Positions 1-11,101 of a stretch of 64,000 nt of DNA are shown in pieces. Under the pieces are notes generated by a model, which searched no databases, was not told the DNA's origin, and saw nothing but the letters and a program-made list of their open reading frames with translations. A program made the position numbers and the translations under genes. This stretch comes from Opitutales bacterium (GTDB lineage Bacteria > Verrucomicrobiota > Verrucomicrobiia > Opitutales > PNEW01): contig CBDANS010000007.1 of assembly GCA_965197745.1 (NCBI GenBank), forward strand, positions 1,984,001 through 2,048,000, read 5' to 3'. The first letter of the stretch is position 1; the number at the start of each line of letters is the position of its first letter.

Positions 1-760
1 AAGTATTAAACGCACAGAGAGCTGTCTCCAGCCCCTCGGCGAACTTGCTATCGGTGGCACCGCGGTGGGTACGGGAATTAATTGTCATTCGGATTTTCCC
101 GGTAAAGTTTGTAAAATTCTCTCAGACTATACGGGGATCAATTTTCGCGAAGCCGAGAACCATTTTGAAGCACAAGGCGGACGTGACGACACCGTCGAGG
201 TTGCAGGTATGCTAAACACCATCGCCGCAAGTTTGACAAAAATAGCCAATGACATTCGTTTGCTCAGCTCTGGTCCAAGATCGGGGCTCGGTGAAATCAC
301 GCTTCCCGTCACACAGCCGGGCTCATCGATCATGCCCGGAAAAGTTAACCCCGTAATGAGTGAGATGCTGGTGCAAGTATGTATTTATGTACAGGGCATG
401 TGCAACGTGGTATCGATGTGTGGACGCGATGGGCATTTTGAGCTCAACGTCACCATTCCTCTCATTGCTTATTCCCTGCACGATTCTATTCGCTGTCTGA
501 GTAACGGCGCCCGCACTTTTGCAGACAGTTGTGTTACGGGTATTGAAGCCAATAGCGAAAGATGCCAGGAGCTCGTCGACCGCTCACTTATGCTCGTCAC
601 CGCCTTGAATCCATATATCGGCTACGACAAAGCGGCAGAAGTGGCAAAAACGGCATTCTCTGAAAATAAGACCTTGCGAGAAGTGGTCCTCGAAAAAGAA
701 CTGCTTGATGAAAAAACTCTCGATAAGGCCCTCAATCCCCTGGATATGACCAAGCCGTAA
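1..760 (+). CDS. fumC: Class II fumarate hydratase (fumarase/aspartase superfamily), 5'-truncated by window edge
   Basis: GGTAVGTGIN and the GSSIMPGKVNP signature; C-terminal LVTALNPYIGYDKAA. Confidence 0.85.
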   Translation, partial: SIKRTESCLQPLGELAIGGTAVGTGINCHSDFPGKVCKILSDYTGINFREAENHFEAQGGRDDTVEVAGMLNTIAASLTKIANDIRLLSSGPRSGLGEITLPVTQPGSSIMPGKVNPVMSEMLVQVCIYVQGMCNVVSMCGRDGHFELNVTIPLIAYSLHDSIRCLSNGARTFADSCVTGIEANSERCQELVDRSLMLVTALNPYIGYDKAAEVAKTAFSENKTLREVVLEKELLDEKTLDKALNPLDMTKP

Positions 761-834
761 TATTCTTATAAACTATATCGTATATGTGATTGCCGAACGG
801 CTGGCTTCGCTGCTTATCGCACATGGCACTTAGC

Positions 835-1257
835 TTAAGCTCCGTTGAAAGCTAAGACAATATTGCGCTTATGCGGAGCGGTGCGGTGCTCCCATAAATA
901 GACCCCCTGCTAGGTGCCGAGACAAAGTCGGCCGTTGATAAAGGGGATGACTTCTGCTGTTCGAGTAAGCGCCATCTTGATATGACTGGGCATGTCGTCG
1001 GGCCCCTCCTGGGTATGAGTAAAGTCCGGATTATTCTCTGGAACGAGCTTATCAAAATACAGTTCCAAATCACTTCGCACCGAGGGGTCGGCATTCTCCA
1101 TGATGATCAGACTGCAACTGGTGTGCTGACAATAAACGGTAACTGCACCTTCCCTTAAGCTACTCCGTATTAAGGTATCACTAATCGCGTCAGTAATCTC
1201 ATAGGTGCCTTTACCTCTGGTCCTCACGGTGATTATTTCATTGTATACCGTCATCAA
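835..1257 (-). pseudogene. yjbQ: YjbQ/UPF0047 family protein interrupted by an in-frame TAG at 910-912
   Basis: HTSCSLIIMENADPSV and GPDDMPSHIK motifs; reading through the TAG gives LGT*QGVYLWEHR (conserved LGTWQ), with TAA at 835-837. Confidence 0.8.
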
Positions 1258-1322
1258 TAAAGAGGCACAGATTTGAAAATGTCAGTTGCCGGCATCAAGC
1301 CACACTCCCTATGGATTCCAGC

Positions 1323-2504
1323 TTAACCTTTGTCACCAGCACCAACGACTCTCGAGTTGGGATTCAATTCCTCTATTTTGGACTCTGGAGTGATTTCTAA
1401 CAATTCACCAGGCGCTTCACTTGATAGCTCGGAAGATTCTTCAGGGGATACTATCTGTACGATTTCCTCTTCGGCAGGTTCCTCAGGGATGAGGGGGTCC
1501 TCCACAAGCTCTTCTATTGGTTTTGCTATGACACGCACATTATATCCCATTTCCTCCCCATCCCGATTAACCTTAACGCTAATAAACTGACCTTCTCGGG
1601 CATAGAAGAAGGCGTTCCGCACATCACTGACTTTAGAAATACTGTTACCATCAATGCTGACAAGCACATCTCCGGGAAACATTCCCGCTCTCTCGGCCGG
1701 CGTATTCGCATGAATTTTTTTGAGAACAATCTGTATACCGTCCTTGATTGTATTTTGCTCTTCAGAGTCAAACCCGATCCAGCCATAAGTAACTTTTCCG
1801 GAAAAGAGAAGGTCATCCCTCACACGCAATGCCGCGCGGGCGGGCAGAATATAGGATGCCTGCAATTCTCTCAATACACCTATCTGCACACCGACCAGTT
1901 TGCCATTGAGATCAAGTAGAGGAGCTCCGTCTTCACCTACCGCCCGAGGGATGGAAGCACGAAGGTATGTACAAGGAAACATACTCTCTCCAAACCCACT
2001 TTCCTGTCCCCCAATAATTCCCAGGTAAGGCGTTGGATCCAATTCAAAAGGGGTGCTTAACCGCACCACCATTGTCCCAATAGGGGGTAATCCGGTAGTA
2101 TCAGTGAGGTGAAGATAATTAAATTTCTCCGGTAGAGTACTGACCTGAAGCAGAGAAAGGTTGTTCGTTATATCATCGCCTGCGGTCTCTGCCAGATATT
2201 CGATCCCACGATGGACGACCCATACACGATCCGCATCTGAAGCGAGCACCGCGTTGGTCAGAATATGACCTTCACGACTGATAAAAAACCCGGTGCCCAT
2301 CCTGACTTCAATATCCGGGTCTCCCATTTCCGTAACACCTTCATAGGCAGCCTTTACATGAACGATGGCATCTTTATTCTCTTCAAAGATACCGACAATT
2401 CGTTTTTGAAGGCTTAAAAAATCCCCATTTTCTATGGCCGATATGGAGAGCGGTAAGGCCAAAAAAAAACAGACAAGCGGCAGGTAATCAAAAAGGCGCC
2501 TCAT
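1323..2504 (-). CDS. HtrA/DegP-like trypsin-fold plus PDZ protein with degenerate catalytic triad
   Basis: Signal peptide, GTGFFIS..G.ILTN, GWIG-type PDZ start, TPAERAG..PGDV; triad motifs altered. Confidence 0.8.
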   Translation of the reverse strand: MRRLFDYLPLVCFFLALPLSISAIENGDFLSLQKRIVGIFEENKDAIVHVKAAYEGVTEMGDPDIEVRMGTGFFISREGHILTNAVLASDADRVWVVHRGIEYLAETAGDDITNNLSLLQVSTLPEKFNYLHLTDTTGLPPIGTMVVRLSTPFELDPTPYLGIIGGQESGFGESMFPCTYLRASIPRAVGEDGAPLLDLNGKLVGVQIGVLRELQASYILPARAALRVRDDLLFSGKVTYGWIGFDSEEQNTIKDGIQIVLKKIHANTPAERAGMFPGDVLVSIDGNSISKVSDVRNAFFYAREGQFISVKVNRDGEEMGYNVRVIAKPIEELVEDPLIPEEPAEEEIVQIVSPEESSELSSEAPGELLEITPESKIEELNPNSRVVGAGDKG

Positions 2505-2514
2505 CTGCTATTTT

Positions 2515-3090
2515 CTAACGGCCGAAGGTTGCAGGGATAACGTGAAGATCAGTTTGGGATTTATTCTCGAATAATTCATTGCCCAGTCTGGAGCTGTAAT
2601 CAGGAGCATGGCTGAATGTTCGAGTGGCCATTACTTTTCTAAATTTATCGCTTTGCTCTTTAGGTTTCGGCGTTATATCGATGACAAAAAATGCGTGAGA
2701 CTGCTTTTTGGGGTCGTTTTTTGCGAGATCGAGAGCGGCTATATCAAGGCTTGTCAGATTTTTTTCAAAATTGGCTGAGGATGACGTTTCTGCGGCAAGA
2801 GTAGTTTGTTCTGTTTCATTTGTCGTAAACCAACCGTAATGATAAATAGCAAAGGTGATGGTAAAAACAGAGGCAACTGCTATGGGGAGAACCATCTGAA
2901 GGTGAGTTTTCAAAAAATGATAGCAATCGGCATACCAGGGCTCGGGATGGACAAGCGCCTGCAGGGTCTTCTGCCGTAACTCACGGTCAAACTTATCCCA
3001 GAATTCCTTGCTCGGTTTTTCTTCCCTTTTCAGAAGCAACAAGGATTCCAGGCTGATTTTTTGAACTGTATTATTATTATCTAATGCCAT
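2515..3090 (-). CDS. Putative membrane-bound anti-sigma factor
   Basis: Directly downstream of an ECF sigma gene; N-terminal P..EFW..F motif, one TM helix, soluble C-terminus. Confidence 0.55.
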   Translation of the reverse strand: MALDNNNTVQKISLESLLLLKREEKPSKEFWDKFDRELRQKTLQALVHPEPWYADCYHFLKTHLQMVLPIAVASVFTITFAIYHYGWFTTNETEQTTLAAETSSSANFEKNLTSLDIAALDLAKNDPKKQSHAFFVIDITPKPKEQSDKFRKVMATRTFSHAPDYSSRLGNELFENKSQTDLHVIPATFGR

Positions 3091-3107
3091 TGATAATCGT
3101 GGATAGC

Positions 3108-3740
3108 TTAATCTAAATAATCATGAAGGTAAGCTTGTAACTGTTGCTTTGCGTAATGCAACCGTGATCGCACTGTGCCGACGGAGCATTTCATGACCTT
3201 GGAGATGTCATGGTGGCTAAGCCCTTCTATTTCATATAAAACCACAACTGTTCTATGTTTATCAGACAGTTTTTGCAGTGCTTCGTTCAATTTTTCCTGC
3301 AGTTCACTCATAAGCGCCGATTTTTCAGATTTAACTTTTACGGACAGCGCTTCTACAATTTCTGAGGAGCTTACTTCTTCATTAATGTTTTCAAAACTAA
3401 AAAAGCGCCGCATGCGGTTACGCTTAAGATGACTGAAGGTGGCGTTTACGGCGATGCGGTAAAGCCAGGTGTAAAAGGAAGATTTTCCTTTAAAACGTTT
3501 AATCGAACTAAAAGCCTTTATGAAGGTCTCTTGCGTAATGTCCGCAGCGTCTTCGCGATTAGAGCATAAATTGTAAATTATGGAATAAAGCCGCTCCCGG
3601 TATTTTAAAATCAGCTGATCAAAGGCAGCGACATCACCAGACTGTACACGGCGCACCGTTGCCAGATCACCATCTGCTTTGCTATGCTCTTTGAGTGCAC
3701 CTGGAGCCAGGGTATCTTCAACTGCATTAGTTAGAGCCAT
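3108..3740 (-). CDS. ECF (RpoE-like) RNA polymerase sigma factor
   Basis: Region 2 DAADITQETFIKA..F.G.SSFYTWLYRIAVN; region 4 GTVRSRLHYA; probable start at ATG 3740. Confidence 0.9.
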   Translation of the reverse strand: MALTNAVEDTLAPGALKEHSKADGDLATVRRVQSGDVAAFDQLILKYRERLYSIIYNLCSNREDAADITQETFIKAFSSIKRFKGKSSFYTWLYRIAVNATFSHLKRNRMRRFFSFENINEEVSSSEIVEALSVKVKSEKSALMSELQEKLNEALQKLSDKHRTVVVLYEIEGLSHHDISKVMKCSVGTVRSRLHYAKQQLQAYLHDYLD

Positions 3741-3845
3741 GACTATATAATAACTTATATTTCTCCCTCGAGAAATCAACTTTATTTCTTTATGCGGTTA
3801 GTAAATTAAGACTTAGAACTCAATCCCACAAAAAGAGGCTAATTT

Positions 3846-4874
3846 TCAATAAACCAATAGTTTATTTATTTGAGCCCTGAAATAGGTACTTAGTTCCTTT
3901 AAAAGTGCAACCGGCGGTTGATCCGCATAGTCTTCAATTGATTCTTCCGCTGCCTGGAGCTCATTTCGAAAGTAATTTTCAACCGCTTCAAACACACCAT
4001 TTTTTGCCATGTGTAAATTTAAACTGTTAATGTCAACCTTGCTGGAATTTTGAATTTCAATAAGGATTTCTTCGCGTTCCTTACCCTTTGCGCGCTCTAA
4101 AAGTAAAATAATTGGAAGTGTATATTTGCGACTATTTATATCGGTGCCCAATGTTTTCCCAATGGCTTCTTCAGAGCCGATAAAATCAGCGAGATCATCG
4201 TATATCTGATAAGCAATGCCCAGGTGGCGTCCAAAAGATCCAGCCGCTTCTACAAAATCATCTTCATAATTGCTTAATTTCGCTCCGAGATGGCATGAGA
4301 CATGAAATAATTCAGCGGTTTTTAAATTAATAACCCGAAAATAATCATTAATACTTACAGTAGGATCACCCTGTTGAAATGTCTGTCTGATCTCACCGGC
4401 ACACACTCTCCGCGTTGATTCGGAGACCAGACGGCAGACGTCAATAACTGGAAAGTCAGAAGCTAACCTTAAAGCTTGAGAAAAGAGTGCATCGCCAAGG
4501 AGAACAGCAATGCTCGAGCCAAATTTCTCGCTCGCCGTAGATTCATTTCGCCGAATTATTGCTTTGTCGAGGACGTCATCGTGCACAAGGGTAGCCATAT
4601 GCACAAATTCAATAACCGCAGCAGCTTTGACGAGCCCCGCGGAAATACTTTCGTCCAACGTCCAGCCGCTGTAAAAAACCAGCAAGGGTCGAAGATGTTT
4701 ACCCCTGTTATTGAGGCAATACTGAACGAGATCTTGTATTTCCAATTCGAATTCCCCACCCTGTTTATCCATAAAAGATTCCAGCGCCTGTAAATGCGGC
4801 AATGCCGGTTTCTCGATATCATTTAACTCTATATAACTGGAATTATTCACATGGTTTTTGGTGGTCAAAAGCAT
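3846..4874 (-). CDS. Polyprenyl diphosphate synthase (IspB/HepT-like)
   Basis: GKHLRP, LVHDDVLD (FARM) and QIYDDLAD (SARM) motifs. Confidence 0.9.
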   Translation of the reverse strand: MLLTTKNHVNNSSYIELNDIEKPALPHLQALESFMDKQGGEFELEIQDLVQYCLNNRGKHLRPLLVFYSGWTLDESISAGLVKAAAVIEFVHMATLVHDDVLDKAIIRRNESTASEKFGSSIAVLLGDALFSQALRLASDFPVIDVCRLVSESTRRVCAGEIRQTFQQGDPTVSINDYFRVINLKTAELFHVSCHLGAKLSNYEDDFVEAAGSFGRHLGIAYQIYDDLADFIGSEEAIGKTLGTDINSRKYTLPIILLLERAKGKEREEILIEIQNSSKVDINSLNLHMAKNGVFEAVENYFRNELQAAEESIEDYADQPPVALLKELSTYFRAQINKLLVY

Positions 4875-4957
4875 GAATTGAACTTAAGTGACCAAACCTT
4901 AAAAGCAAGATTATAGAAAATAAAGATTAGGAATTGTTCACAGATAAAATAAGCTTC

Positions 4958-5578
4958 ATGAATCAAAATCCACTGACCATTCTATTAATAACCGGATTAA
5001 CCGCTTACCTTGCAAAAAGTTGGTGGAATGATTATAAGCTGAATAGGATCGGAAGACCTAACACCAGAACACTTCCTGGCGCGCGTCCGACAACTTTCAA
5101 CATAGTGATAATTGCTATCGCTGGCTCCCTCTTGATTCTCGCTGTTGAAACCAGCGGTGAAATCATCTTGGGAATCGCCCATGAACAGTCTACCGTCAGC
5201 TGGCTATTTCTCCTGGGGATGATCTCGGCGGGCTTTTACGAAGAACTACTCTTTCGTGGTTTCTTTGTCATTAAGGACAAAGGGGGAAAAGTATTGATTG
5301 CCAGCATTGTCGGATTTTCTGCGCTCTTTGCGCTCATTCATTTTCACTGGATTGATTGGACAGGGATGAAAAATGGCTGGTTTGTGCTGAACTTGCAAGT
5401 GGGCCCATGCTTTTGGACGGTTATCCTTTTCATCAATTCCCTGTGGTTTTACACCGTCCGTTTCTTTGCTTTAAATAAAACACAATCGCTTATCCCCTGC
5501 ATCGTCGCTCACGTCATAAGCAATGTTGGGGTATTTATTATCAAGTTAGCTCAAGGCCATGTCTCGGGAGTATATTGA
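4958..5578 (+). CDS. CPBP (CAAX/Abi) family intramembrane metalloprotease
   Basis: EELLFRG, FALIH and AH..SN motifs; multiple TM segments. Confidence 0.8.
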   Translation: MNQNPLTILLITGLTAYLAKSWWNDYKLNRIGRPNTRTLPGARPTTFNIVIIAIAGSLLILAVETSGEIILGIAHEQSTVSWLFLLGMISAGFYEELLFRGFFVIKDKGGKVLIASIVGFSALFALIHFHWIDWTGMKNGWFVLNLQVGPCFWTVILFINSLWFYTVRFFALNKTQSLIPCIVAHVISNVGVFIIKLAQGHVSGVY

Positions 5579-5621
5579 GAATGCCTCCCCCCTCTTAGAG
5601 ACATACCCATCAGCCATTTAT

Positions 5622-7631
5622 TCAGGCTAAAGCGGGTTCGGTGTCGGGGCCAAGCTCCTCACCTTTTTTATCATCTTTGGCCTCTGCCTTTTCCTCATCA
5701 GGGGTCTCTTCAACTGCCGGTTTCGGCGTTTCCAGCTTTTTAAATACAGGAGAGCGAATTTCTCCAAACTCGAGAATTTCATTTACGTGTTTGCCTTCAA
5801 TGGTCTCGTATTCAAGTAGTGCCTGAGCTACTTTTTCCAAGGCTTCGCGCCGCTCTGTAATAATTTCCGTGCACCGTTTGTACTGCCCCTTAATAATTTT
5901 TTGTATCTCTGTGTCTATCTCCTGGGCCGTTTTTTCACTGTAGTTCTGGTCTCTTGTTATTTCCTTGCCAAGAAAGATATGATCCTGATTTTCCCCATAG
6001 GCGATGGGTCCCATATCACTCATCCCCCAATCACAAACCATATGGCGTGAAATCTCTGTTGACATTTTTATATCTTGAGAGGCACCGCTGGTGATATCAT
6101 CAAAGATAATTTCTTCAGCTACGCGTCCGCCCATGAGGGTACAAATTTGATTAATTACGCGTTTCTTTTGCTGATTAAGAATATCTTTCTTCGGAATGAA
6201 CATAGTGCTGCCCAGACTTTGGCCACGAGGGATAATGCTTACTTTATGAACGGGTAAATTATCATCACCGATAATCGCTGCCACCACGGCATGACCAGCT
6301 TCATGGTAAGCTGATAATTTCTTATCTTCGTCGTCCATGAGACGGCGGCGCTCGCGTCCAAATGCTATCTTATCCCGCGCCTCGTCAATATCAGTCATCT
6401 CTACTTCATTCTTTCCATAACGCGCCGCAAGCAGCGCTGCTTCATTAAGCAGATTTTCCAAGTCGGCGCCGCTAAAGCCGGATGTATTGCGTGCAACTAT
6501 ATTGAGATCAATCTCCTTCTGCATCGTGATTTGTTTCGCGTGAACTTTAAGTATTGCTTCACGTCCAACGAGATCAGGCATATCAATAGTAATCTGGCGA
6601 TCAAAACGACCGGGGCGAAGAAGAGCACTGTCGAGCACGTCGGGTCGATTGGTTGCCGCCATGATAATTACGCCTTCATGCGATTCAAATCCGTCCATTT
6701 CTGCGAGTAAAGAATTGAGTGTCTGCTCGCGTTCATCGTTACCACCGCCCAGACCGGCTCCCCGTTGGCGACCCACAGCGTCTATTTCATCGATAAATAT
6801 AATACAAGGGGCATTTTTTCGGCCCTGTTCAAACATATCGCGCACGCGCGCAGCGCCAACGCCAACAAACATCTCCACGAAGTCAGAACCACCAATGCTA
6901 AAGAAAGGCACATCGGCCTCACCGGCTACGGCACGAGCGAGAAGCGTCTTACCAGTTCCGGGTGCACCAACCAGCAACACACCCTTCGGTATGTGACCGC
7001 CAATTTTTTGAAACTTCTTCGGGTCCTTTAGAAATTCGACTATTTCATGGACATCTTCTTTTGCTTCTTCACAGCCGGCCACATCAGCAAATGTTACTTT
7101 TTCACGTTCGCGAGTAAGCATCTTCGCCCTGCTTTTGCCGAAATTCATCGCTCCTCGACCAGCAACGCGCAATTGACGCACAAAGAGAAAATAAAGGATA
7201 CCAATAATGATAATAAAAGGTAAGAGGGTCAGAATCACTTCCGTAAGCAGGGTGCTCGCTGGAACTTCTTTAAAGAGCCCCGTAGCTTGCAGACGCTCCA
7301 GATTTTCGTCCGTCAATCGTCCGCGCGCAATCACTCGCTGACTGCCCTCGGTTTGCATGTCAGCAAGAACCACATGTATTTCCGACCAATTCTGTCCCCC
7401 TGTTGGTTCAGCTTTTATCGTTCCCTCTTTTATGCGCCCCTCATCCACCGCATTCAGGACTTCATTAATCGTCCACTCCTGGCTTTTCTGACCCTGGGGT
7501 TCGCTAAAAAAGTAGAGGCTTAAAATTGCTCCGATAATGACAAACCAGATGATAAGCACTTTTGGTTGAAAGCGCTCGGGAGGAGCATTACGCAAGGGTT
7601 TATTGCGTTGTTCTTTTTCTTCTTCAGACAT
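5622..7631 (-). CDS. ftsH: ATP-dependent zinc metalloprotease FtsH
   Basis: Two TM helices, Walker [22 protein letters not shown] zinc motif. Confidence 0.97.
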   Translation of the reverse strand: MSEEEKEQRNKPLRNAPPERFQPKVLIIWFVIIGAILSLYFFSEPQGQKSQEWTINEVLNAVDEGRIKEGTIKAEPTGGQNWSEIHVVLADMQTEGSQRVIARGRLTDENLERLQATGLFKEVPASTLLTEVILTLLPFIIIIGILYFLFVRQLRVAGRGAMNFGKSRAKMLTREREKVTFADVAGCEEAKEDVHEIVEFLKDPKKFQKIGGHIPKGVLLVGAPGTGKTLLARAVAGEADVPFFSIGGSDFVEMFVGVGAARVRDMFEQGRKNAPCIIFIDEIDAVGRQRGAGLGGGNDEREQTLNSLLAEMDGFESHEGVIIMAATNRPDVLDSALLRPGRFDRQITIDMPDLVGREAILKVHAKQITMQKEIDLNIVARNTSGFSGADLENLLNEAALLAARYGKNEVEMTDIDEARDKIAFGRERRRLMDDEDKKLSAYHEAGHAVVAAIIGDDNLPVHKVSIIPRGQSLGSTMFIPKKDILNQQKKRVINQICTLMGGRVAEEIIFDDITSGASQDIKMSTEISRHMVCDWGMSDMGPIAYGENQDHIFLGKEITRDQNYSEKTAQEIDTEIQKIIKGQYKRCTEIITERREALEKVAQALLEYETIEGKHVNEILEFGEIRSPVFKKLETPKPAVEETPDEEKAEAKDDKKGEELGPDTEPALA

Positions 7632-7659
7632 AGTAAATCAATTGTATTCCAACGTAAGA

Positions 7660-9123
7660 TCACGCGTAAGTCAACCTCAGAGCGTGGTTTGTAAATCTGT
7701 CGATTTTATGGGAATCCGCAGGAGGCAATCCCGGGATCCATAAAATTGTATCATTATCAACGCAGACAACAGGCAATTGATTTCGTTCCTCGGGAGAGAT
7801 TTTTCGATTAGTAAATATATCCTGAAGTTTGCTTGTCCCGGGTGAACCAAGGGGTCGATAGCGATCACCAGGTTGCCACCGGCGAAGATCAAAGCCGAGA
7901 ATGGGATCTTTCTCCTCTTTTCTTAAAAACGCATAGTGGTTTTCATCATAGGCTCCGTTAATTATGGAATCGCGAAGGGCACTATCGATTTGTACCGTTT
8001 CTGCCATGAAGCGTGTACCCTGCGGCAAAAACACCTCGGCATTGATCGGAGCAAACACAGGGGGCCAATCCGGTTCTTCAGCTGTCGATACTACGCTCAA
8101 CCATCCCCCTTTATATTCAATAAAGTTCTTATTACCGGCGCTCATGCGCAGATCCTGATGATTTAAAATACGGCTCAGCAAATTTTCTATCGCTTCACGT
8201 GAAAACACGGGCATTAAGTTTTGCGCATCAAGCCAATGGTATAATGCGCGCCGTATGATAGCAGTAGGTTTTTCAATTATCCGACCAATAGCGTAGGGCT
8301 GACCCGGACCAAAATTCTGTTCTAATTCGGCTAGCCAGGTTTCCAAAGCTTTATCGTCTTCTTCCAGCAAGAGGCGGGCGTGTGCTGCCCCCTCATCTAT
8401 ATTACGATCTTCTGCATTACGCCAGGCGGGTAATACAGAGTTACGCAGTCGGTTGCGCAAAAAGATGTTTTCAGAATTACTTTTATCATCACACCAGGGT
8501 ATATTCTGCTCTTCCAGGCATGCCTTGATTTCAGTTTTGGTAATGTCTAAAAGAGGACGAATGTGGACAATATTATTCTGATGATAATGGACGGGCCGAG
8601 GGGCCGCGAGGCCGGCTGAACCACTTCCCCGTGCCAATCGCATAAGCATCGTTTCCGTTATATCTTCTTTAACATGACCTGAAAATAACGCCCGGCTATC
8701 GATCGTATCCATTATCTCGGTGAAAAAATTATACCGTGCCTCACGCGCTTGAACTTCGTTCACAATTTCCTTTTCCCCTCGATCCATGGTCCCCGAGTGA
8801 CAGAGGAGATCCAATCCATGCGCTAATTTTTTTACAAAATCCGCATCGCTATCCGATGCCTCACCGCGCATGCAATGATTGAAGTGTAAAATGTGCAAGT
8901 CGCCATGACGGTGTGCATAGTGAGCGTAAAGAAGTAACAACAGACAAACAGAATCTGGCCCCCCGGAACAGGCGATCGACCAGGGGCGATCTTCCGTTTG
9001 TTTCTCTATCCAACTAGTCACCTCGGAATTAAAACGATCGTGTGAAAACTTTGCACTCAAGCTCTCAGCTAAAGAAGGCCAATCCAAAGGGCTGTGTGAT
9101 CTGTTTGAGATGTAATCCGACAT
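7660..9123 (-). CDS. tilS: tRNA(Ile)-lysidine synthetase
   Basis: SGGPDS PP-loop, AREARY, RNRLR, TilS C-terminal domain; tilS-ftsH synteny. Confidence 0.93.
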   Translation of the reverse strand: MSDYISNRSHSPLDWPSLAESLSAKFSHDRFNSEVTSWIEKQTEDRPWSIACSGGPDSVCLLLLLYAHYAHRHGDLHILHFNHCMRGEASDSDADFVKKLAHGLDLLCHSGTMDRGEKEIVNEVQAREARYNFFTEIMDTIDSRALFSGHVKEDITETMLMRLARGSGSAGLAAPRPVHYHQNNIVHIRPLLDITKTEIKACLEEQNIPWCDDKSNSENIFLRNRLRNSVLPAWRNAEDRNIDEGAAHARLLLEEDDKALETWLAELEQNFGPGQPYAIGRIIEKPTAIIRRALYHWLDAQNLMPVFSREAIENLLSRILNHQDLRMSAGNKNFIEYKGGWLSVVSTAEEPDWPPVFAPINAEVFLPQGTRFMAETVQIDSALRDSIINGAYDENHYAFLRKEEKDPILGFDLRRWQPGDRYRPLGSPGTSKLQDIFTNRKISPEERNQLPVVCVDNDTILWIPGLPPADSHKIDRFTNHALRLTYA

Positions 9124-9345
9124 AAGATGAAATAGTATGAAGATCTTTTAATTATAAACTGTAACTTTCGGTGGTTCTATAATATTATTCAGAACTTAAT
9201 TATAAAACCCACGCGAAGCTGAATTACATTTTCACCGATATATCCATATCTAATATACTACAGGACAAAGACCGTTAAGGATAATGGGGCGTAATCTGTT
9301 TCCTCTTTATAAATAAAAGATCGAATATATATTCATAACTGATAA

Positions 9346-9756
9346 ATGAAAAAGTCATTAATCATATTGGTCATAATCGTCGTTTTCGTCTGGTTGAAAA
9401 TTAAATCTGATAATATGGATGCGAATGAATTCTGGAATGATGCCATCACCCCGAAGAAAGATAACACTCTTAAGAATGCCAGAGAAAAATCAGTCCGTGA
9501 AGGATATGTAAAAGTCATTTTAAGAAATCATATCGGTATAAGCGCAACTGTAATTTTAAAAGGGAACGGTAAAGAGTATAAAAAGTCACTCGGCCCAACT
9601 GAAATTACCGTAATCGAAATTCCGCAAGGAGATTACACGGGATACTTTTATAATCACGACGATCGTTCAAACCATGTGAAAATATCGGGGCTGGGTAAAA
9701 CCAGTGATTATAAGGAAATGGAAATAAAACTGGTTATGCGCCTTCCGACACCGTAG
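9346..9756 (+). CDS. Hypothetical membrane-anchored or exported protein (AT-rich)
   Basis: 136-aa ORF with N-terminal hydrophobic segment filling the tilS-serS gap. Confidence 0.55.
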   Translation: MKKSLIILVIIVVFVWLKIKSDNMDANEFWNDAITPKKDNTLKNAREKSVREGYVKVILRNHIGISATVILKGNGKEYKKSLGPTEITVIEIPQGDYTGYFYNHDDRSNHVKISGLGKTSDYKEMEIKLVMRLPTP

Positions 9757-9758
9757 CT

Positions 9759-11021
9759 TTAAGGGCCAATAGTATCTATATCTATCCACGACATTAGGGC
9801 GTCCGGGATTTTAATCTTCCCATCTGCGCCAAGATTATTTTCAAGGATGGCCGCGATGACACGCGGGATCGCCAGTCCTGAACCATTGAGAGTGTGCACA
9901 AACCGTGTATCTCCACTTTGATCGCGGAAACGAATAGCAGCACGGCGGGCTTGGAAATCAGTAAAATTACTACAACTGGATACCTCCAGCCACCGTTTCT
10001 GTCCGGGTGCCCAGGCTTCTATGTCATATTGTTTGGTGTGTGGAAATCCTAACTCACCTGTGCACATAAGCAGAATGCGGTAGGGTATCTTTAATTTCGC
10101 GAGTAAGTTCGCTGCATGATCACGCAACTTTTCCAATTCCTCGAAACTGGTTTCCGGATGTGCCCATTTAACGAGTTCTACTTTATCAAACTGGTGAACG
10201 CGATTGAGACCTCTCACTTCCTTACCATAGCTGCCCGCTTCACGACGAAAACAAGGGGTATACGCACAGTGATAAATAGGGAGGCGATCTGAATTGATTA
10301 TTTCATCGCGATAAAAATTTGTTAAGGGGACTTCGGAAGTCGGAATGAGGTAAAATTCACCTCGTTCGGTCTGATACATAAGCCCCTCTTTATCGGGTAA
10401 CTGCCCGGTTGCAGTAGCACTGTCAGCATTGACGAGAAGGGGCGGTATCAACTCGACATAACCGGCTTTGTTCGCCTCATCGAGAAAAAAGCTGACCAGC
10501 GCCCTTGAAAGTTGCGCCATCTCTCCGTAAAAAAAAGGAAACCCGGCACCGGTAACTTTTACCCCACGCGCAAGATCGACATGTTGTTTAAACCAGGGAA
10601 TGTCGTAATGGGGTATGGCATGAGGAACAGTCTCCGATTCTCCCAAGGTTTTTACGACCTCATTGTCACCTTCGTTATCACCCTCAGGAACAGAATCGTG
10701 GGGCAGGTTGGGAATTGTCATCATAGCTTCCTGCCATGAAGATTCCGATTTCTGTTGTTGCGATTGCAGCTCTTTAACCTGGGTTGAAAGAATTTTAAGT
10801 TCTTTTACCTTTTCAATGAATTCAGGCGACCCTTTGTCCAGCTTGGCCATTTCGCTATTCGCTGCTTTTTGGCCGGCGCGCGTAATCTCCGCATCGGCGA
10901 TTATCTTACGACGCTTCTTATCAAGAGAGAGGATATTATCCAGGTCACATTCAAATTTTTTTTTGCGAACACCTTCACGAACTAGATCCGGATTCTCCCT
11001 TAGCAACTTAATATCGATCAT
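9759..11021 (-). CDS. serS: Serine--tRNA ligase
   Basis: N-terminal coiled coil, LIPTSEVP, FRREAGSYG, EVSSCSN, HTLNGSGLA. Confidence 0.97.
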   Translation of the reverse strand: MIDIKLLRENPDLVREGVRKKKFECDLDNILSLDKKRRKIIADAEITRAGQKAANSEMAKLDKGSPEFIEKVKELKILSTQVKELQSQQQKSESSWQEAMMTIPNLPHDSVPEGDNEGDNEVVKTLGESETVPHAIPHYDIPWFKQHVDLARGVKVTGAGFPFFYGEMAQLSRALVSFFLDEANKAGYVELIPPLLVNADSATATGQLPDKEGLMYQTERGEFYLIPTSEVPLTNFYRDEIINSDRLPIYHCAYTPCFRREAGSYGKEVRGLNRVHQFDKVELVKWAHPETSFEELEKLRDHAANLLAKLKIPYRILLMCTGELGFPHTKQYDIEAWAPGQKRWLEVSSCSNFTDFQARRAAIRFRDQSGDTRFVHTLNGSGLAIPRVIAAILENNLGADGKIKIPDALMSWIDIDTIGP

Positions 11022-11101
11022 AGTTTATTCGAATAATAGCGTCTAATGATGAAGTCGAAATTGTATTCTACCCAAGGTCAAGGAAACTATAGAAATGCTC
11101 T

